Of a DNA stretch of 64,000 nt, positions 37,465 to 47,924 are shown piece by piece (positions within the stretch are counted from its first letter, which is position 1; each line of letters opens with the position of its first letter). The translations under genes were made by a program, and so were the position numbers. Where the stretch lies: NCBI GenBank assembly GCA_017537345.1, contig JAFYKY010000004.1, positions 43,126 through 107,125 on the forward strand. The letters are read 5' to 3'. This DNA comes from Clostridia bacterium. Its GTDB lineage: Bacteria > Bacillota > Clostridia > Oscillospirales > CAG-382. The notes under the pieces were generated by a model. It saw only the letters and a program-made list of their open reading frames with translations. It made no database searches and was not told the DNA's origin.

Positions 37465-38582
37465 AACGCGTATTTTTGATCGTTCTGGATTCCTTCGGTA
37501 TCGGCGCTTTGCCCGATGCGGAAAAATTTGGCGATACCGGCGCCAACACTGCTTTAAGCGTTTACAAAACCGGCAGGCTTAATATACCCAATCTCATCTC
37601 GCTCGGCTTTGGGAATATAGATGGTGTGGATCATATCCATCCCGTTCCCGCCCCCCGCGGAACGGTGGCAAGACTTAAGGAGTTGAGCAACGGTAAGGAC
37701 ACCACCATAGGACATTGGGAAATAGCGGGAATAGTTTCCGAAAAACCTCTGCCTACCTATCCGAACGGATTTCCCGAAAGCGTTTTGGCGGAATTTGAAA
37801 GCAAGACCGGCTACGGCATCTTGTGCAACAAGCCCTATTCGGGTACGGAGGTAATACGGGATTACGGCGACGAGCATATGCGTACCGGCAAGCTTATCGT
37901 CTATACCTCGGCAGACAGCGTGTTCCAGATCGCCGCCCACGAAGAAAAGGTTCTCCTTACGGAGCTGTACCGTATCTGCGGTATCGCCCGCGATATCTTA
38001 ACGGGTGAACACGGCGTGGGCAGAGTTATTGCCCGTCCCTTTACGGGCAGTACGGGTAACTATACAAGAACCGCAAACAGAAGGGATTTTTCTCTTCTTC
38101 CTCCCAAGGGAAATATGAACGAGGTTATTAAAAACGCGGGACTTGAGGTTATATCCGTAGGCAAGATAAAGGATATTTTTGCAGGTCAGGGAATAACCCA
38201 AAGCTTTCCCACCCACGGAAACGGCGAGGGTATGGAAGTAACTTCGCAAATTCAGAATAAGGATTTTTCGGGACTGTGCTTTGTAAATCTCGTGGATTTC
38301 GATATGCTGTACGGTCATAGGCAGGACGCATTGAGCTATGCCCTTGCGTTAAACGAATTCGATACGTGGCTTGGCGGATTTATGGAAAATATGCAAGAAG
38401 ACGATATGCTCATCGTCACCGCCGACCACGGATGCGATCCTTCCGATAACAGCACCGACCACACCCGCGAATACGTTCCTTTGCTGGTGTACGGAAATGG
38501 CGCGGAGCCGAAAAATCTCGGCACAATAGAAGGATTTACCGTAATACGCGATATAGTCTGCAATTATCTGCTGGGAGAATAA
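37461..38582 (+). CDS. deoB: phosphopentomutase
   Basis: MKRVFLIVLDSFGIGALPDA N-terminus. Alkaline-phosphatase-like metal motifs (TADHGCDP). Overlaps the deoD stop. Confidence 0.85.
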   Translation: MKRVFLIVLDSFGIGALPDAEKFGDTGANTALSVYKTGRLNIPNLISLGFGNIDGVDHIHPVPAPRGTVARLKELSNGKDTTIGHWEIAGIVSEKPLPTYPNGFPESVLAEFESKTGYGILCNKPYSGTEVIRDYGDEHMRTGKLIVYTSADSVFQIAAHEEKVLLTELYRICGIARDILTGEHGVGRVIARPFTGSTGNYTRTANRRDFSLLPPKGNMNEVIKNAGLEVISVGKIKDIFAGQGITQSFPTHGNGEGMEVTSQIQNKDFSGLCFVNLVDFDMLYGHRQDALSYALALNEFDTWLGGFMENMQEDDMLIVTADHGCDPSDNSTDHTREYVPLLVYGNGAEPKNLGTIEGFTVIRDIVCNYLLGE

Positions 38583-38583
38583 T

Positions 38584-39000
38584 ATGGAAAATACAGTATA
38601 TAAAGATTTGATTCAAAAAGCCGTTTTTGCAAGAGAAAAGAGCTATTGCCCTTATTCTTCCTTTTCCGTGGGCGCCGCTTTGCTTACGGAGGAGGGAAAG
38701 GTGTATACCGGCGCGAATATAGAATCCGCTTCCTTTTCTCCTACCGCCTGCGCGGAAAGAGTGGCGTTTTTCACCGCCGTTCATAACGGAGAAGACCGCT
38801 TCAGGGCTATTGCGGTAGTCGGCGGGAAAAAGGGCGAAGCAGTGTCCGAATTTTGCGCTCCCTGCGGCGTGTGCAGGCAGGTAATGGCAGAGTTTTGCGG
38901 GAAGGATTTCGAAATTATTTTATTCGATGGAAAATCCCCCAAGATAATAACTCTTGAAGGTTTGCTTCCCGAATCATTTACAAAAACCAATATGGATTAA
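38584..39000 (+). CDS. cdd: cytidine deaminase
   Basis: CAERVAFFTAV and CAPCGVCRQVMAEF zinc-binding motifs. Confidence 0.85.
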   Translation: MENTVYKDLIQKAVFAREKSYCPYSSFSVGAALLTEEGKVYTGANIESASFSPTACAERVAFFTAVHNGEDRFRAIAVVGGKKGEAVSEFCAPCGVCRQVMAEFCGKDFEIILFDGKSPKIITLEGLLPESFTKTNMD

Positions 39001-39013
39001 AGCAGGTGTAACC

Positions 39014-40324
39014 GTGGCTATAAGAATGTACGATCTTATCGAAAAGAAAAAAAGAGGTCTTCCGCTTACAAAGGAAGAGCTCTTTCAGATGATTGGCGCT
39101 TACGTGGACGGCAATATCCCCGATTACCAGATGTCCGCCTGGCTTATGGCGGTATATTTCAATTCGATGACGGACAGAGAGATATTCGACCTTACGGAAG
39201 CTATGGCGCTTTCGGGAGATACGGTGGATCTTTCCGTTTTCGGCGACCGCAGCGTGGATAAGCATTCCACCGGCGGTGTGGGGGATAAGACTACCCTTAT
39301 CGTTGCGCCTATCGTAGCCGCATGCGGAGGAATTGTGGCAAAAATGAGCGGCAGAGGCTTGGGACATACCGGCGGAACGGTGGATAAGCTTGAATCCTTC
39401 GAAGGATTTCATACCACTCTTTCTCCGGAACAGTTTATCGCGCAGGTACAAAAATGCGGACTTGCCGTTATCGGTCAGAGCGGAAATCTTGCCCCTGCGG
39501 ATAAAAAGCTTTATGCGTTAAGGGACGTAACCGCAACCGTGGATTCCATTCCTCTTATCGCATCGTCTATTATGAGCAAAAAGCTGGCGGCGGGCACACG
39601 GTCTATCGTTCTGGACGTTAAGTGCGGAAGCGGCGCTTTTATGCGCGAAAGAGCGGATGCGGAAAAATTGGCGGAAATGATGGTAAAGATCGGTGTTTCC
39701 CACGGAAGAAAGGTAGCCGCAGTTATTACGGATATGAACCGTCCTTTGGGGTATGCCGTGGGAAATCTCCTTGAAGTATGCGAAGCGGTGGAGGTTCTTA
39801 AAGGCGGCGGTCCTTTGGACCTGCGGGAAGTGTGCCTTACTCTTGCTTCGGTTATGGTAAGCTTTTCCTGCAAATGCGATATTAAAACCGCCCGCTTGCA
39901 GGCAGAGGATGTTTTGCAAAGCGGAAAAGCCCTTGAATATTTTTGCGAATGGATATCTTTGCAGGGCGGAAACGCCGCGCACGCAAGGGATCCTCACTCT
40001 TTGGGGTGTGCAAAATATTCTTTGGATATCCTTTCCGAAACCGAAGGATACATTACGGGATGTAATGCCGAGCTTATCGGAACAGCCGCAATGCTTTTGG
40101 GCGCAGGCAGAGAAAAAGCCGATGACGTTATCGACCCCAAAGCGGGAATAATTCTTTTAAAGAAAACGGGAGATCACGTCAAAAAAGGCGATATTCTTGC
40201 CCGTCTGTATACCGAAAGGGAAAATACGCTGGAGGTTTCAAAAACAACCTTCTTAAAAGCCCTTTCTTTCGGCATAGCAAAACCCGAAGAAGCACCGCTT
40301 ATATACAAGATCATAGGAATATAA
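39014..40324 (+). CDS. pdp: pyrimidine-nucleoside (thymidine) phosphorylase
   Basis: HSTGGVGDKTTLIVAPIVAA glycosyltransferase family 3 motif. Start probably GTG 39014 (AGGTG RBS) or ATG 39026. Confidence 0.8.
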   Translation: MAIRMYDLIEKKKRGLPLTKEELFQMIGAYVDGNIPDYQMSAWLMAVYFNSMTDREIFDLTEAMALSGDTVDLSVFGDRSVDKHSTGGVGDKTTLIVAPIVAACGGIVAKMSGRGLGHTGGTVDKLESFEGFHTTLSPEQFIAQVQKCGLAVIGQSGNLAPADKKLYALRDVTATVDSIPLIASSIMSKKLAAGTRSIVLDVKCGSGAFMRERADAEKLAEMMVKIGVSHGRKVAAVITDMNRPLGYAVGNLLEVCEAVEVLKGGGPLDLREVCLTLASVMVSFSCKCDIKTARLQAEDVLQSGKALEYFCEWISLQGGNAAHARDPHSLGCAKYSLDILSETEGYITGCNAELIGTAAMLLGAGREKADDVIDPKAGIILLKKTGDHVKKGDILARLYTERENTLEVSKTTFLKALSFGIAKPEEAPLIYKIIGI

Positions 40325-40337
40325 ACACTGCAACAAA

Positions 40338-40380
40338 AACACCCCGGGAAGAAAATTTCTTTCCGGGGTGAATATTTTTA
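40338..40380. terminator. bidirectional terminator
   Basis: CACCCCGGGAAGAAA-ATT-TCTTTCCGGGGTG long hairpin between convergent pdp and the ABC ATPase gene. Confidence 0.65.
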
Positions 40381-41466
40381 AAAACGAATACGCAGTTCCG
40401 TTTCCTTGGAAAACAGAAATACTTTATGGGGTTTAAGGCTGTAGCTTACGGTCTCTTTCGCTTCCACCTTGTTGTCCGCATCGATAATGGAGCGGATATC
40501 GGTAACCAACGCGTTATCGTGGGCGGAAACCACGCTTACGTCCCTGCCCATAACCTCAATACTCTTGAGTTTGCAGGTGAGAGGGCCGTCCGCATTAAGA
40601 ACAAATCCTTCGGGACGGATACCCACGGTAACCTCGCAGTCTTTTACGCCCTTAACGTCAAGCACTGCGGTATCGCCTATATAAAGCTTTTCTCCCTCAA
40701 CTTTACCGTCGAACACGTTAATGGGAGGTGTGCCCAAAAACTTTGCAACAAACAGGTTCACGGGGTCATCGTACACCTCTTGGGGCGCGCCGATCTGCTG
40801 AACCACGCCCTGCTTCATTACCACGATCATATCGGATATGCTCATAGCTTCTTCCTGATCGTGTGTTACGAAAACGGTGGTTATGCCCGTTTCCTTTTGA
40901 ATACGGCGTATTTCTTCGCGAGTCTGCAAACGCAGGCGGGCGTCAAGGTTTGAAAGAGGCTCGTCAAGCAAAAGCACCTTGGGCATTTTTACAAGAGCGC
41001 GGGCAATAGCAACACGCTGCTGCTGACCGCCTGAAAGCTCGGAGGGCTTTCTGTCCATAAGCTCGTCGATCTGAACCAGCTTCGCCGCTTTCAAGGCGCG
41101 ATCTGCCATTTCTTCCTTGCTCAGCTTGTCTGCACCGCGGAGATTTTCAAGGGGAAACATTATGTTTTGTCTTACCGTCATATGAGGATACAGAGCGTAA
41201 TTCTGGAATACCAGACCCACACCGCGGTTTTCCGCAGAAAGATTGGTAACGTCGTCCTCGCCGAAAAATATTTTACCCTCCGTGGGCTTTTGCAGTCCGC
41301 TTATCATATAAAGGGTGGTGCTTTTACCGCAGCCGGAAGGACCCAGAAGTCCGATCAGCTTTCCGTCGGGAACGGTAAAGGAAAAATTATTAACCGCGAT
41401 TACCTCTTCCTTCTTTTTATCACGGCTCGGGAATATCTTTGTCAGGTTTTCCAAAACGATTTTCAT
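40378..41466 (-). CDS. sugar ABC transporter ATP-binding protein, MsmK/MalK-like with C-terminal TOBE domain
   Basis: Walker A GPSGCGKST. Signature LSGGQQQRVAIARAL. Walker B LLLDEPLSNLD. AAAGGAGAAG RBS before ATG at 41466. Confidence 0.8.
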   Translation of the reverse strand: MKIVLENLTKIFPSRDKKKEEVIAVNNFSFTVPDGKLIGLLGPSGCGKSTTLYMISGLQKPTEGKIFFGEDDVTNLSAENRGVGLVFQNYALYPHMTVRQNIMFPLENLRGADKLSKEEMADRALKAAKLVQIDELMDRKPSELSGGQQQRVAIARALVKMPKVLLLDEPLSNLDARLRLQTREEIRRIQKETGITTVFVTHDQEEAMSISDMIVVMKQGVVQQIGAPQEVYDDPVNLFVAKFLGTPPINVFDGKVEGEKLYIGDTAVLDVKGVKDCEVTVGIRPEGFVLNADGPLTCKLKSIEVMGRDVSVVSAHDNALVTDIRSIIDADNKVEAKETVSYSLKPHKVFLFSKETELRIRF

Positions 41467-41703
41467 AAAACTCCGCTTCTCCTTTGAAACTACGGTTTTT
41501 ATATACACGCTTATGGTATCATATTTTGCTCTAAAAAACAACAGTTTTTTGGTATATTTATGTATTTTGAAGCAAAAAACGCCCGTAAGGCGAGTTGAAC
41601 TAAAAAAATGGGTTATTGCATGCGGCGTCAATATAAGCTATAATAACACCGCGGAGTAAAGCGCGCCGTAAATATGCCGAACAAGAAAAGAGGACACACT
41701 ATA

Positions 41704-42324
41704 ATGTACCTTGCAGAAAATCTACGAAAATACAGACTCATTAAAAATCTCACACAAGAGGATGTGGCGGAATATCTCGGTATTACTCCCCAAAGTGTTT
41801 CAAAATGGGAACGGGGCGAAACTTTTCCGGATATAACCTTTCTTCCCCCTTTGGCAAACATATTCGAAACAAGCGTGGATATGCTTATGGGTATGGACAC
41901 AATAAGAGCGGAGGAAACCAAATACCGTATTCACGATAAAGCAAACACCTTTATGAAGACTGAGCGTTTGGAAGATGCTGAAAAGGTATACCGCGAAGCC
42001 TTGCGCACGTATCCTAATGATGCTGAAATGATTTTGGGACTCGCAAGCGTTCTCGCTTTGAAGGGCGATAGGGATCAGGCTGTAAAACTTACGGAAAAAG
42101 GACTCTTATTATCCAAAAACGAAAAACAAAATGCAACGATGCGGGCTGCTTTATGCTATTTATACCTGCAAAACGGTCAATCCGAAAAAGCCGTTGAATC
42201 GGCAAGAAGGCTGCCTCACACGCGAGAAAGCAGGGAAGTAATTTTCCCTGTTATCACGTCAAATCCGAGTGAAGCCGAAATACGGGAGAGTATAAGATTT
42301 ATTATTACAGGAGAACCAAAATGA
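41704..42324 (+). CDS. XRE-family HTH regulator with TPR-like C-terminal domain
   Basis: LRKYRLIKNLTQEDVAEYLGITPQSVSKWERGETFPDITFLPPLANIF. Then TPR-like helices (AEKVYREALRTYPNDAEMILGLASVLALKGD). Confidence 0.65.
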   Translation: MYLAENLRKYRLIKNLTQEDVAEYLGITPQSVSKWERGETFPDITFLPPLANIFETSVDMLMGMDTIRAEETKYRIHDKANTFMKTERLEDAEKVYREALRTYPNDAEMILGLASVLALKGDRDQAVKLTEKGLLLSKNEKQNATMRAALCYLYLQNGQSEKAVESARRLPHTRESREVIFPVITSNPSEAEIRESIRFIITGEPK

Positions 42325-42356
42325 AACGGCGTTCCCGTTAAGAGAACGCCTGCGCT

Positions 42357-42887
42357 TTATTTTATGATCCCGTACCCGTTGGTGATGGGATCTTCAAACA
42401 AGGGGATGCGGGGCGGTAAAAATGTAAACACCGCAAACGACACCCCGATTATCAACAGCAAAACGACTGCAAAACGAGGGCTGCAACTGTAAAAAGCATT
42501 TCTTTTAAATAAAATCCATTCCAAAGCAAATGCGCAAGCGGCGCAAACAAAGAAAATGCCTATATTTACCCAATCGGGTGTTTTTCCGAACACGCCGTTT
42601 ATGGTGTAAAACAGCGTGGGAATAAGAAAAATTCCCGCAAGAGTTCCCGCAAGCTTTACGCACCGGAAGTTTGCGTATTCTTTAAAATACACACTTTGTA
42701 TCAGCGCAAATATAAACAGCGGAAAAAACATAAGCTTCATATGTTCCCAGGTGGATTCGTTCACTCCCGAAAATATTGCGGCAATACGGTTTCCGTTTGT
42801 GAGATCGTAAAGATAATGAAGCATTATTCCTGCGGCGCAGGTGAACACAAAGCCCGCAAGACACCATTTCCAAAGTATCGGTTTCAT
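42357..42887 (-). CDS. hypothetical polytopic membrane protein
   Basis: 176 aa with about 5 TM helices. No motif recognised. Confidence 0.4.
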   Translation of the reverse strand: MKPILWKWCLAGFVFTCAAGIMLHYLYDLTNGNRIAAIFSGVNESTWEHMKLMFFPLFIFALIQSVYFKEYANFRCVKLAGTLAGIFLIPTLFYTINGVFGKTPDWVNIGIFFVCAACAFALEWILFKRNAFYSCSPRFAVVLLLIIGVSFAVFTFLPPRIPLFEDPITNGYGIIK

Positions 42888-42987
42888 TTTTCCTCCAAAT
42901 AAAATAGTATACTGATTTTATTCGGAGAAACCGCAGAATATTCAAAAACGCCATCGGAAAAACGATGGCGTTAATGCTTTTATTCAA

Positions 42988-44661
42988 TTATTCAGCCTCG
43001 TATACTTCAACTTCGTTAAGGAAAACGAACAATCCGTTGGGGGCGAAGGTGAACTTTACGTATCTTGCGGTAACGTCCTCTAATTCTGCGTGAGTCCAAT
43101 AAATAGCGCTTTCATCGGAGGAAATGGTCAGTACGGCAACCTCGGTAAAGTTAATTCCGTCGTCGGAAACGGAAACAGTTGCGCTTCTGGGAGCGTTGAT
43201 TCCCGCAGTGCCGCCGTTGCATATATGGGCTCTCACAAAGGAAATATCCGTTTCTTTTTCAAGATCCACCACAAGCCAGCCTATACCGTTTTCGGTATTA
43301 AGCTCTTCGGGTGTGAGCGCGGAGCTGTTAAAGAAGGAGAACCAGTTGTTATCGTAAGTAAGGGTGGTGGTGTACTTGCCGTCGGTAAGCTTTGCGGTGT
43401 AGTTACCGTAGCCCGTTCCCAAAAGTCCCGAAAGGGTGTAATCCTTGCCGGAGGATGCCAGCTTGCCGATAGGCTCTACGTCCTCGGGTTCTTTATTTTC
43501 GGGTCCGGAAACCTCGGGCGCGACTGCGTCTTCAACGTATTTGAACAGCCAGATACATTCCGTGTGGAATTCCGTTCCCGCTTTTAAGGTTCTTTTTGCG
43601 GAATTGGAAAACTTGGTAAAATACAGCTTGTTATCGGTGGTGTTCATATCCCAGAACGCGGTCTTGTAATCGCCGTTGCATTTATCCAGAGAATCCTCGT
43701 AGGTGGTAACTCTTACGTCAAACTGATATCTGGGGTCTGCATAACCGTAAACAACGGCTCTGGATGCGGCGTTGCCGGAATTGGAGGGGCCGGAATAATC
43801 CGCCGCGCCTACCTTAAGGGTTTCTATGGTCTTTAAAAGCTTGCCGTCGTTATCGTACATTTCGCACCACAGACCGTACTTCTTGTTAATGGGCATCATA
43901 CAGGTATAAGAACGGCTGTGAGATACGTCCTTTACGTATTTGTAATCGCAGTTGAGCTTTATCTGCGGACCGGTAAAGGTATACTTTCTTGTCATTTCGC
44001 AGTATACGTCATCATCGGTATAGGACATATTTTTGTTGTTATAATCGCCGATACTGTCGCCGTTATCATCGGGGAACCAGAGAAGCTTTGTTTTTTCTAT
44101 AACGTGAAGGGAATTTACGGTTACAGCCTTGCCTTTTTCAAGCTCAAGCTTTTCGCCGGTTTCCGCATTGTAAAAATCAATGGATATAAAGGCTTCGTTG
44201 CCGTGGTTTCCGCCCGACCATACGTTTGATCCCTTGGGGGTGGTGGGAATATGTACGTATTCAAAGTCGGTGGCGCCTACGGCAAAGGTGTGAGTCTTTC
44301 CGTCGTTATCCACAAGCTTCCAGGACCACAGATTAAAGCAACCCCAGGGTCTTTCCTCAAGGGTAATGGTAAGCTTGCCCGCCTCGGTTACACAGCTCAT
44401 AGCGTACGTGCCGTCGCTCACCTTGGTAACGGTGGTTTCGTAGGACTTTATCTCCTCCGGCGCGCCCTTTATCTCAACAGTGTTGTAATCATTAAATCCC
44501 CAATATTCGGGCATAGGTTCTTTACTCTCCTCTTCGGGAACGCTTTCGTTTTGTACGGATTCGCTTGTGTTGCTCTCGTTTTCATTTTCGGTGCAGGAAG
44601 CAAGCACGCCTGCGCACATCAAAAACGCAAGCAACAGCACGCATATTCTTTTAAAGCTCAT
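42988..44661 (-). CDS. secreted lipoprotein with C-terminal F5/8 type C (discoidin) carbohydrate-binding domain
   Basis: Lipobox LASC. Acidic linker. C-terminal ARYVKFTFAPNGLFVFLNEVEVYEAE discoidin-like strand pattern. Confidence 0.5.
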   Translation of the reverse strand: MSFKRICVLLLAFLMCAGVLASCTENENESNTSESVQNESVPEEESKEPMPEYWGFNDYNTVEIKGAPEEIKSYETTVTKVSDGTYAMSCVTEAGKLTITLEERPWGCFNLWSWKLVDNDGKTHTFAVGATDFEYVHIPTTPKGSNVWSGGNHGNEAFISIDFYNAETGEKLELEKGKAVTVNSLHVIEKTKLLWFPDDNGDSIGDYNNKNMSYTDDDVYCEMTRKYTFTGPQIKLNCDYKYVKDVSHSRSYTCMMPINKKYGLWCEMYDNDGKLLKTIETLKVGAADYSGPSNSGNAASRAVVYGYADPRYQFDVRVTTYEDSLDKCNGDYKTAFWDMNTTDNKLYFTKFSNSAKRTLKAGTEFHTECIWLFKYVEDAVAPEVSGPENKEPEDVEPIGKLASSGKDYTLSGLLGTGYGNYTAKLTDGKYTTTLTYDNNWFSFFNSSALTPEELNTENGIGWLVVDLEKETDISFVRAHICNGGTAGINAPRSATVSVSDDGINFTEVAVLTISSDESAIYWTHAELEDVTARYVKFTFAPNGLFVFLNEVEVYEAE

Positions 44662-44849
44662 AATATACCTCTCTTTTCGTTTTTGTCTGTGTTGATTATA
44701 TCAAAAACGGCGCGGTTTTGCAATACGTATTTTTGAAGCAAAAATAAACAAAAGTCCCCATAAATACAAAAAATACTATTTACTTTTTTTGCACAATGAG
44801 TTATAATATTCTGGATATTGAAAAATTAAACGCAAGGAGTATCAATTTA

Positions 44850-46511
44850 ATGAAACTTTCCCCTCTCCAGACAGCAAGATATCAGTATAATCCCAAGCTC
44901 CCCGGTATGCTCAGAAACGGTATTTCCGAAATCTGCGTTAAAAACGGCGGCGCTACCGAAAGTGTTGCAGATCAGGAAAAGATCAAGGCTCTGTTCCCCA
45001 ACACCTACGGCAAGAACGAAATCACTTTTGAAAAAGGCGTAAACACCTCCGAATCCAAAAAGCAGGTTGTTGGCGTTATCCTTTCCGGCGGACAGGCTCC
45101 CGGCGGACATAACGTTATCTGCGGTCTTTACGATGCTTTGAAGGCTACCAACAAAGAAAACGTGCTTTACGGCTTCAAGGGCGGCCCCAGCGGTCTGCTT
45201 GAGGACAGCTACGTTATCTTTGATGATGAATATATCAATCAGTTCCGCAATACCGGCGGTTTCGATATTATCGGCTCCGGCAGAACCAAGCTTGAAACCG
45301 AAGAGCAGTTCGCAGTTGTTGCAGAAGTTTGCAAAAAGCACGGCGTTAACGCTGTAGTTATTATCGGCGGTGACGATTCCAATACCAACGCAGCGGTTCT
45401 TGCAGAATACTTTGCAGCACACAATACCGGTATTCAGGTTATCGGCTGTCCCAAGACTATTGACGGCGACCTTAAGAACGAAGATATCGAATGCTCCTTC
45501 GGCTTCGATACCGCTACCAAGACCTATTCCGAAATTATCGGTAATATCGAGCGTGACGCCAACTCCGCAAAGAAATACTGGCACTTCGTAAAGGTTATGG
45601 GACGTTCCGCTTCCCACGTAGCTCTTGAGTGCGCTCTCCAGACCCGTCCCAACATCTGTCTTGTAGGCGAAGAAGTTGCCGCAAAGAAGATGTCTATGGC
45701 TCAGATCGCAGATTATATCGCAGATTCCGTTGCAGCCCGCGCAGCAAAGGGCTGGAACTTCGGTGTTGCTATCATTCCCGAAGGTATCGTTGAATTCGTT
45801 CCCGAATTCTCCGTTCTCATCGCAGAGATCAACGAGCTTCTGGCAGGCGAAAAGACCGAAGTGTTCAACGCGCTTCCTACCTGGGCAGATAAGTATGCAT
45901 TTATCGAAAACGGTCTTACCAAGGAATCTATGGCTGTTTTCGCAATCCTTCCCCAGTCCATTCAGCAGCAGCTCTTCCTTGAGCGCGATCCTCACGGTAA
46001 CGTTCAGGTTTCTCTTATCGAATCCGAAAAGCTGTTCTCCGCTCTCGTAGCAGACAACCTCAAGGCTCGTAAGGCTGCAGGCACCTATAACGGCAAGTTC
46101 TCCGCACTCCATCACTTCCTCGGCTACGAAGGCCGTTGCGCATTCCCTTCCAACTTTGATGCGGACTACTGCTATTCTCTCGGCTACAACGCATTTATGC
46201 TTATCCAGTACGGCTATACCGGTTATCTTTCCAAGGTTTCCAACCTTTCCAAACCCGCAGAAGAATGGGTTGCAGGCGGTATGCCTATCACCAAGATGAT
46301 GAATATCGAAAGAAGACACGGCGCAGATAAGCCCGTTATCCGCAAGGCTCTCGTTGAGCTTGAGGGCGCTCCCTTCAAGTTCTTTGCAGAAAACAGAGCA
46401 GAATGGGCAGAAAATACCTGCTTCGTATACCCCGGTGCTATCCAGTACTTTGGTCCTGCCGAAGTTTGCGATACCACTACCGTAACCCTCGCACTCGAAC
46501 AGGGTAAATAA
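44850..46511 (+). CDS. pfp: pyrophosphate-dependent phosphofructokinase (long-form PPi-PFK)
   Basis: [27 protein letters not shown] and [14 protein letters not shown]. About 550 aa long form. AAGGAG RBS. Strong codon bias. Confidence 0.85.
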   Translation: MKLSPLQTARYQYNPKLPGMLRNGISEICVKNGGATESVADQEKIKALFPNTYGKNEITFEKGVNTSESKKQVVGVILSGGQAPGGHNVICGLYDALKATNKENVLYGFKGGPSGLLEDSYVIFDDEYINQFRNTGGFDIIGSGRTKLETEEQFAVVAEVCKKHGVNAVVIIGGDDSNTNAAVLAEYFAAHNTGIQVIGCPKTIDGDLKNEDIECSFGFDTATKTYSEIIGNIERDANSAKKYWHFVKVMGRSASHVALECALQTRPNICLVGEEVAAKKMSMAQIADYIADSVAARAAKGWNFGVAIIPEGIVEFVPEFSVLIAEINELLAGEKTEVFNALPTWADKYAFIENGLTKESMAVFAILPQSIQQQLFLERDPHGNVQVSLIESEKLFSALVADNLKARKAAGTYNGKFSALHHFLGYEGRCAFPSNFDADYCYSLGYNAFMLIQYGYTGYLSKVSNLSKPAEEWVAGGMPITKMMNIERRHGADKPVIRKALVELEGAPFKFFAENRAEWAENTCFVYPGAIQYFGPAEVCDTTTVTLALEQGK

Positions 46512-46563
46512 AAATCACCCCAAGAAACCTTGCGGTTTCTCGGGGACCCCGATAAAAAACAAT

Positions 46564-46598
46564 CACACCGCCGAAGTTTATCTTCGGCGGTGTTTTTG
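46564..46598 (+). terminator. rho-independent terminator
   Basis: CACCGCCGAAG-TTTAT-CTTCGGCGGTG followed by TTTTT. Confidence 0.7.
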
Positions 46599-47765
46599 CT
46601 ATTCAAAGCATACCTTGTATTTTGGGTTTTCGCGCAGTTTGTTTTTGAACTCTTCGGAAAGGTGTTTAACTTCTTTTTGCCAGAAGTTTTCTCCGAGGTG
46701 ACGCAAAGCGCCTTTTTCGATAGGTTTTAAATAAGATACCAAAGGCGCAGAGTAGGAGTAATCTCCTTCCTCGGAAATCCTTTCGTATTTCTTGTAATGG
46801 TCAAATCCCTTGTCGAAGTATTCAAGCGCCTTTTCAAAATTCTTTGCAATATATGATTCGTAATCAGCCAAATTCATATATAGATTTCCTATATTTTGAT
46901 GATATTCGCCGCATCTGCCGTCTTCGAAAACAGCTTCAAACAGGTTTATCAGCGCCAAGCCCATTTTTTCTCTGCAATCTGAGGTATAAAAACTTATCTT
47001 TGAAGACAGAGCGTTGGCAACGGATATACGCAGTTCACAAAGTAACGTCATAACCCGCTCGGCTTGATATCTCATCATTTCTTCGCCGGAAGCCGTTTCC
47101 GGCATCAGCATTTCCTTGCCGATTACAATAGAGCTCTGTGCTTCCGCCAGCTCCTTTGCCTCCTTGTATTTGCCCATTTCCATATAAAGCGAGGTCATCA
47201 GGCGTATCGCCGATTCGCGGTCCTTTGGACAAGGATTTGATTTTAACAGCTTTTCAAAAGCAGATATTGCCTCTTGCCAGTATGGATTCTGTGAATGGTA
47301 TTCGGTGTCGTAGCGCAATATACCCGCTTCGTTTTTGTAATCGGTTTTCATGCCGTATTTGTTGAAACCCCATGTGTAGAGCGTGTTCGCAAGCCGTAAA
47401 AGTATTCTCGGCTCGTTGGGAAACTCATCGGCGGCAATGCGAAGCATATCGATACAGCTCTCAACCTCTTCAGATATGCTTCCCTGATAATAGTGAAAGC
47501 CTTGGTTCGTTATGACCTTATCTGCTTTATCCAAAATATTTTTTATCTTTTCTTCTCTGTCGGAATTGTATCCGAATAATTCATCAATGGAAACGTGAAA
47601 ATAATTTGCAATAGCGGGCATCATTTCCATATCGGGATACCCGCCGTTTGATTCCCAGCGGGAGATAGCCTGGGACGTTACTCCCAACGCTTCCGCAAGA
47701 TTTTCCTGCGTGCGTCCGTCCCGTTTGCGAAGCTCCCGTATTTTTTGTCCTAAACTAAGCTGCAT
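46599..47765 (-). CDS. XRE-family HTH regulator with TPR domain
   Basis: GQKIRELRKRDGRTQENLAEALGVTSQAISRWESNGGYPDMEMMPAIANYFHVSIDELFGY. TPR-like repeats. GGAGGTG RBS. Confidence 0.7.
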   Translation of the reverse strand: MQLSLGQKIRELRKRDGRTQENLAEALGVTSQAISRWESNGGYPDMEMMPAIANYFHVSIDELFGYNSDREEKIKNILDKADKVITNQGFHYYQGSISEEVESCIDMLRIAADEFPNEPRILLRLANTLYTWGFNKYGMKTDYKNEAGILRYDTEYHSQNPYWQEAISAFEKLLKSNPCPKDRESAIRLMTSLYMEMGKYKEAKELAEAQSSIVIGKEMLMPETASGEEMMRYQAERVMTLLCELRISVANALSSKISFYTSDCREKMGLALINLFEAVFEDGRCGEYHQNIGNLYMNLADYESYIAKNFEKALEYFDKGFDHYKKYERISEEGDYSYSAPLVSYLKPIEKGALRHLGENFWQKEVKHLSEEFKNKLRENPKYKVCFE

Positions 47766-47883
47766 AAAAGCACCTCCAAAAGTTGTTTTTCACCGGTGTG
47801 GCTTTATTATAGCATATATTTTTGTAAAAACAATTATCAATCACTTGTTACAAACTCAATGCATACTTGGGTTTGCGGGTGAA

Positions 47884-47918
47884 AAAACTCCGCCGAAAAA
47901 ACACAGCGGAGTTTTTAA
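47884..47918 (-). terminator. putative terminator downstream of the DHHW gene
   Basis: AACTCCGCTGTG...CGGCGGAGTT hairpin with flanking T-runs on the minus strand. Confidence 0.45.
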
Positions 47919-47924
47919 AACGTA

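Noticed and set aside
36048-40324. deoC-deoD-deoB-cdd-pdp cluster as something unusual
   Set aside because: Complete, conventional nucleoside catabolism operon common in Firmicutes. Nothing unexplained.
44847-46319. 490 aa ORF antisense to the PPi-PFK gene
   Set aside because: Same-region sense strand has clear PFK motifs and codon bias. The antisense ORF is an artefact of GC-rich third positions.
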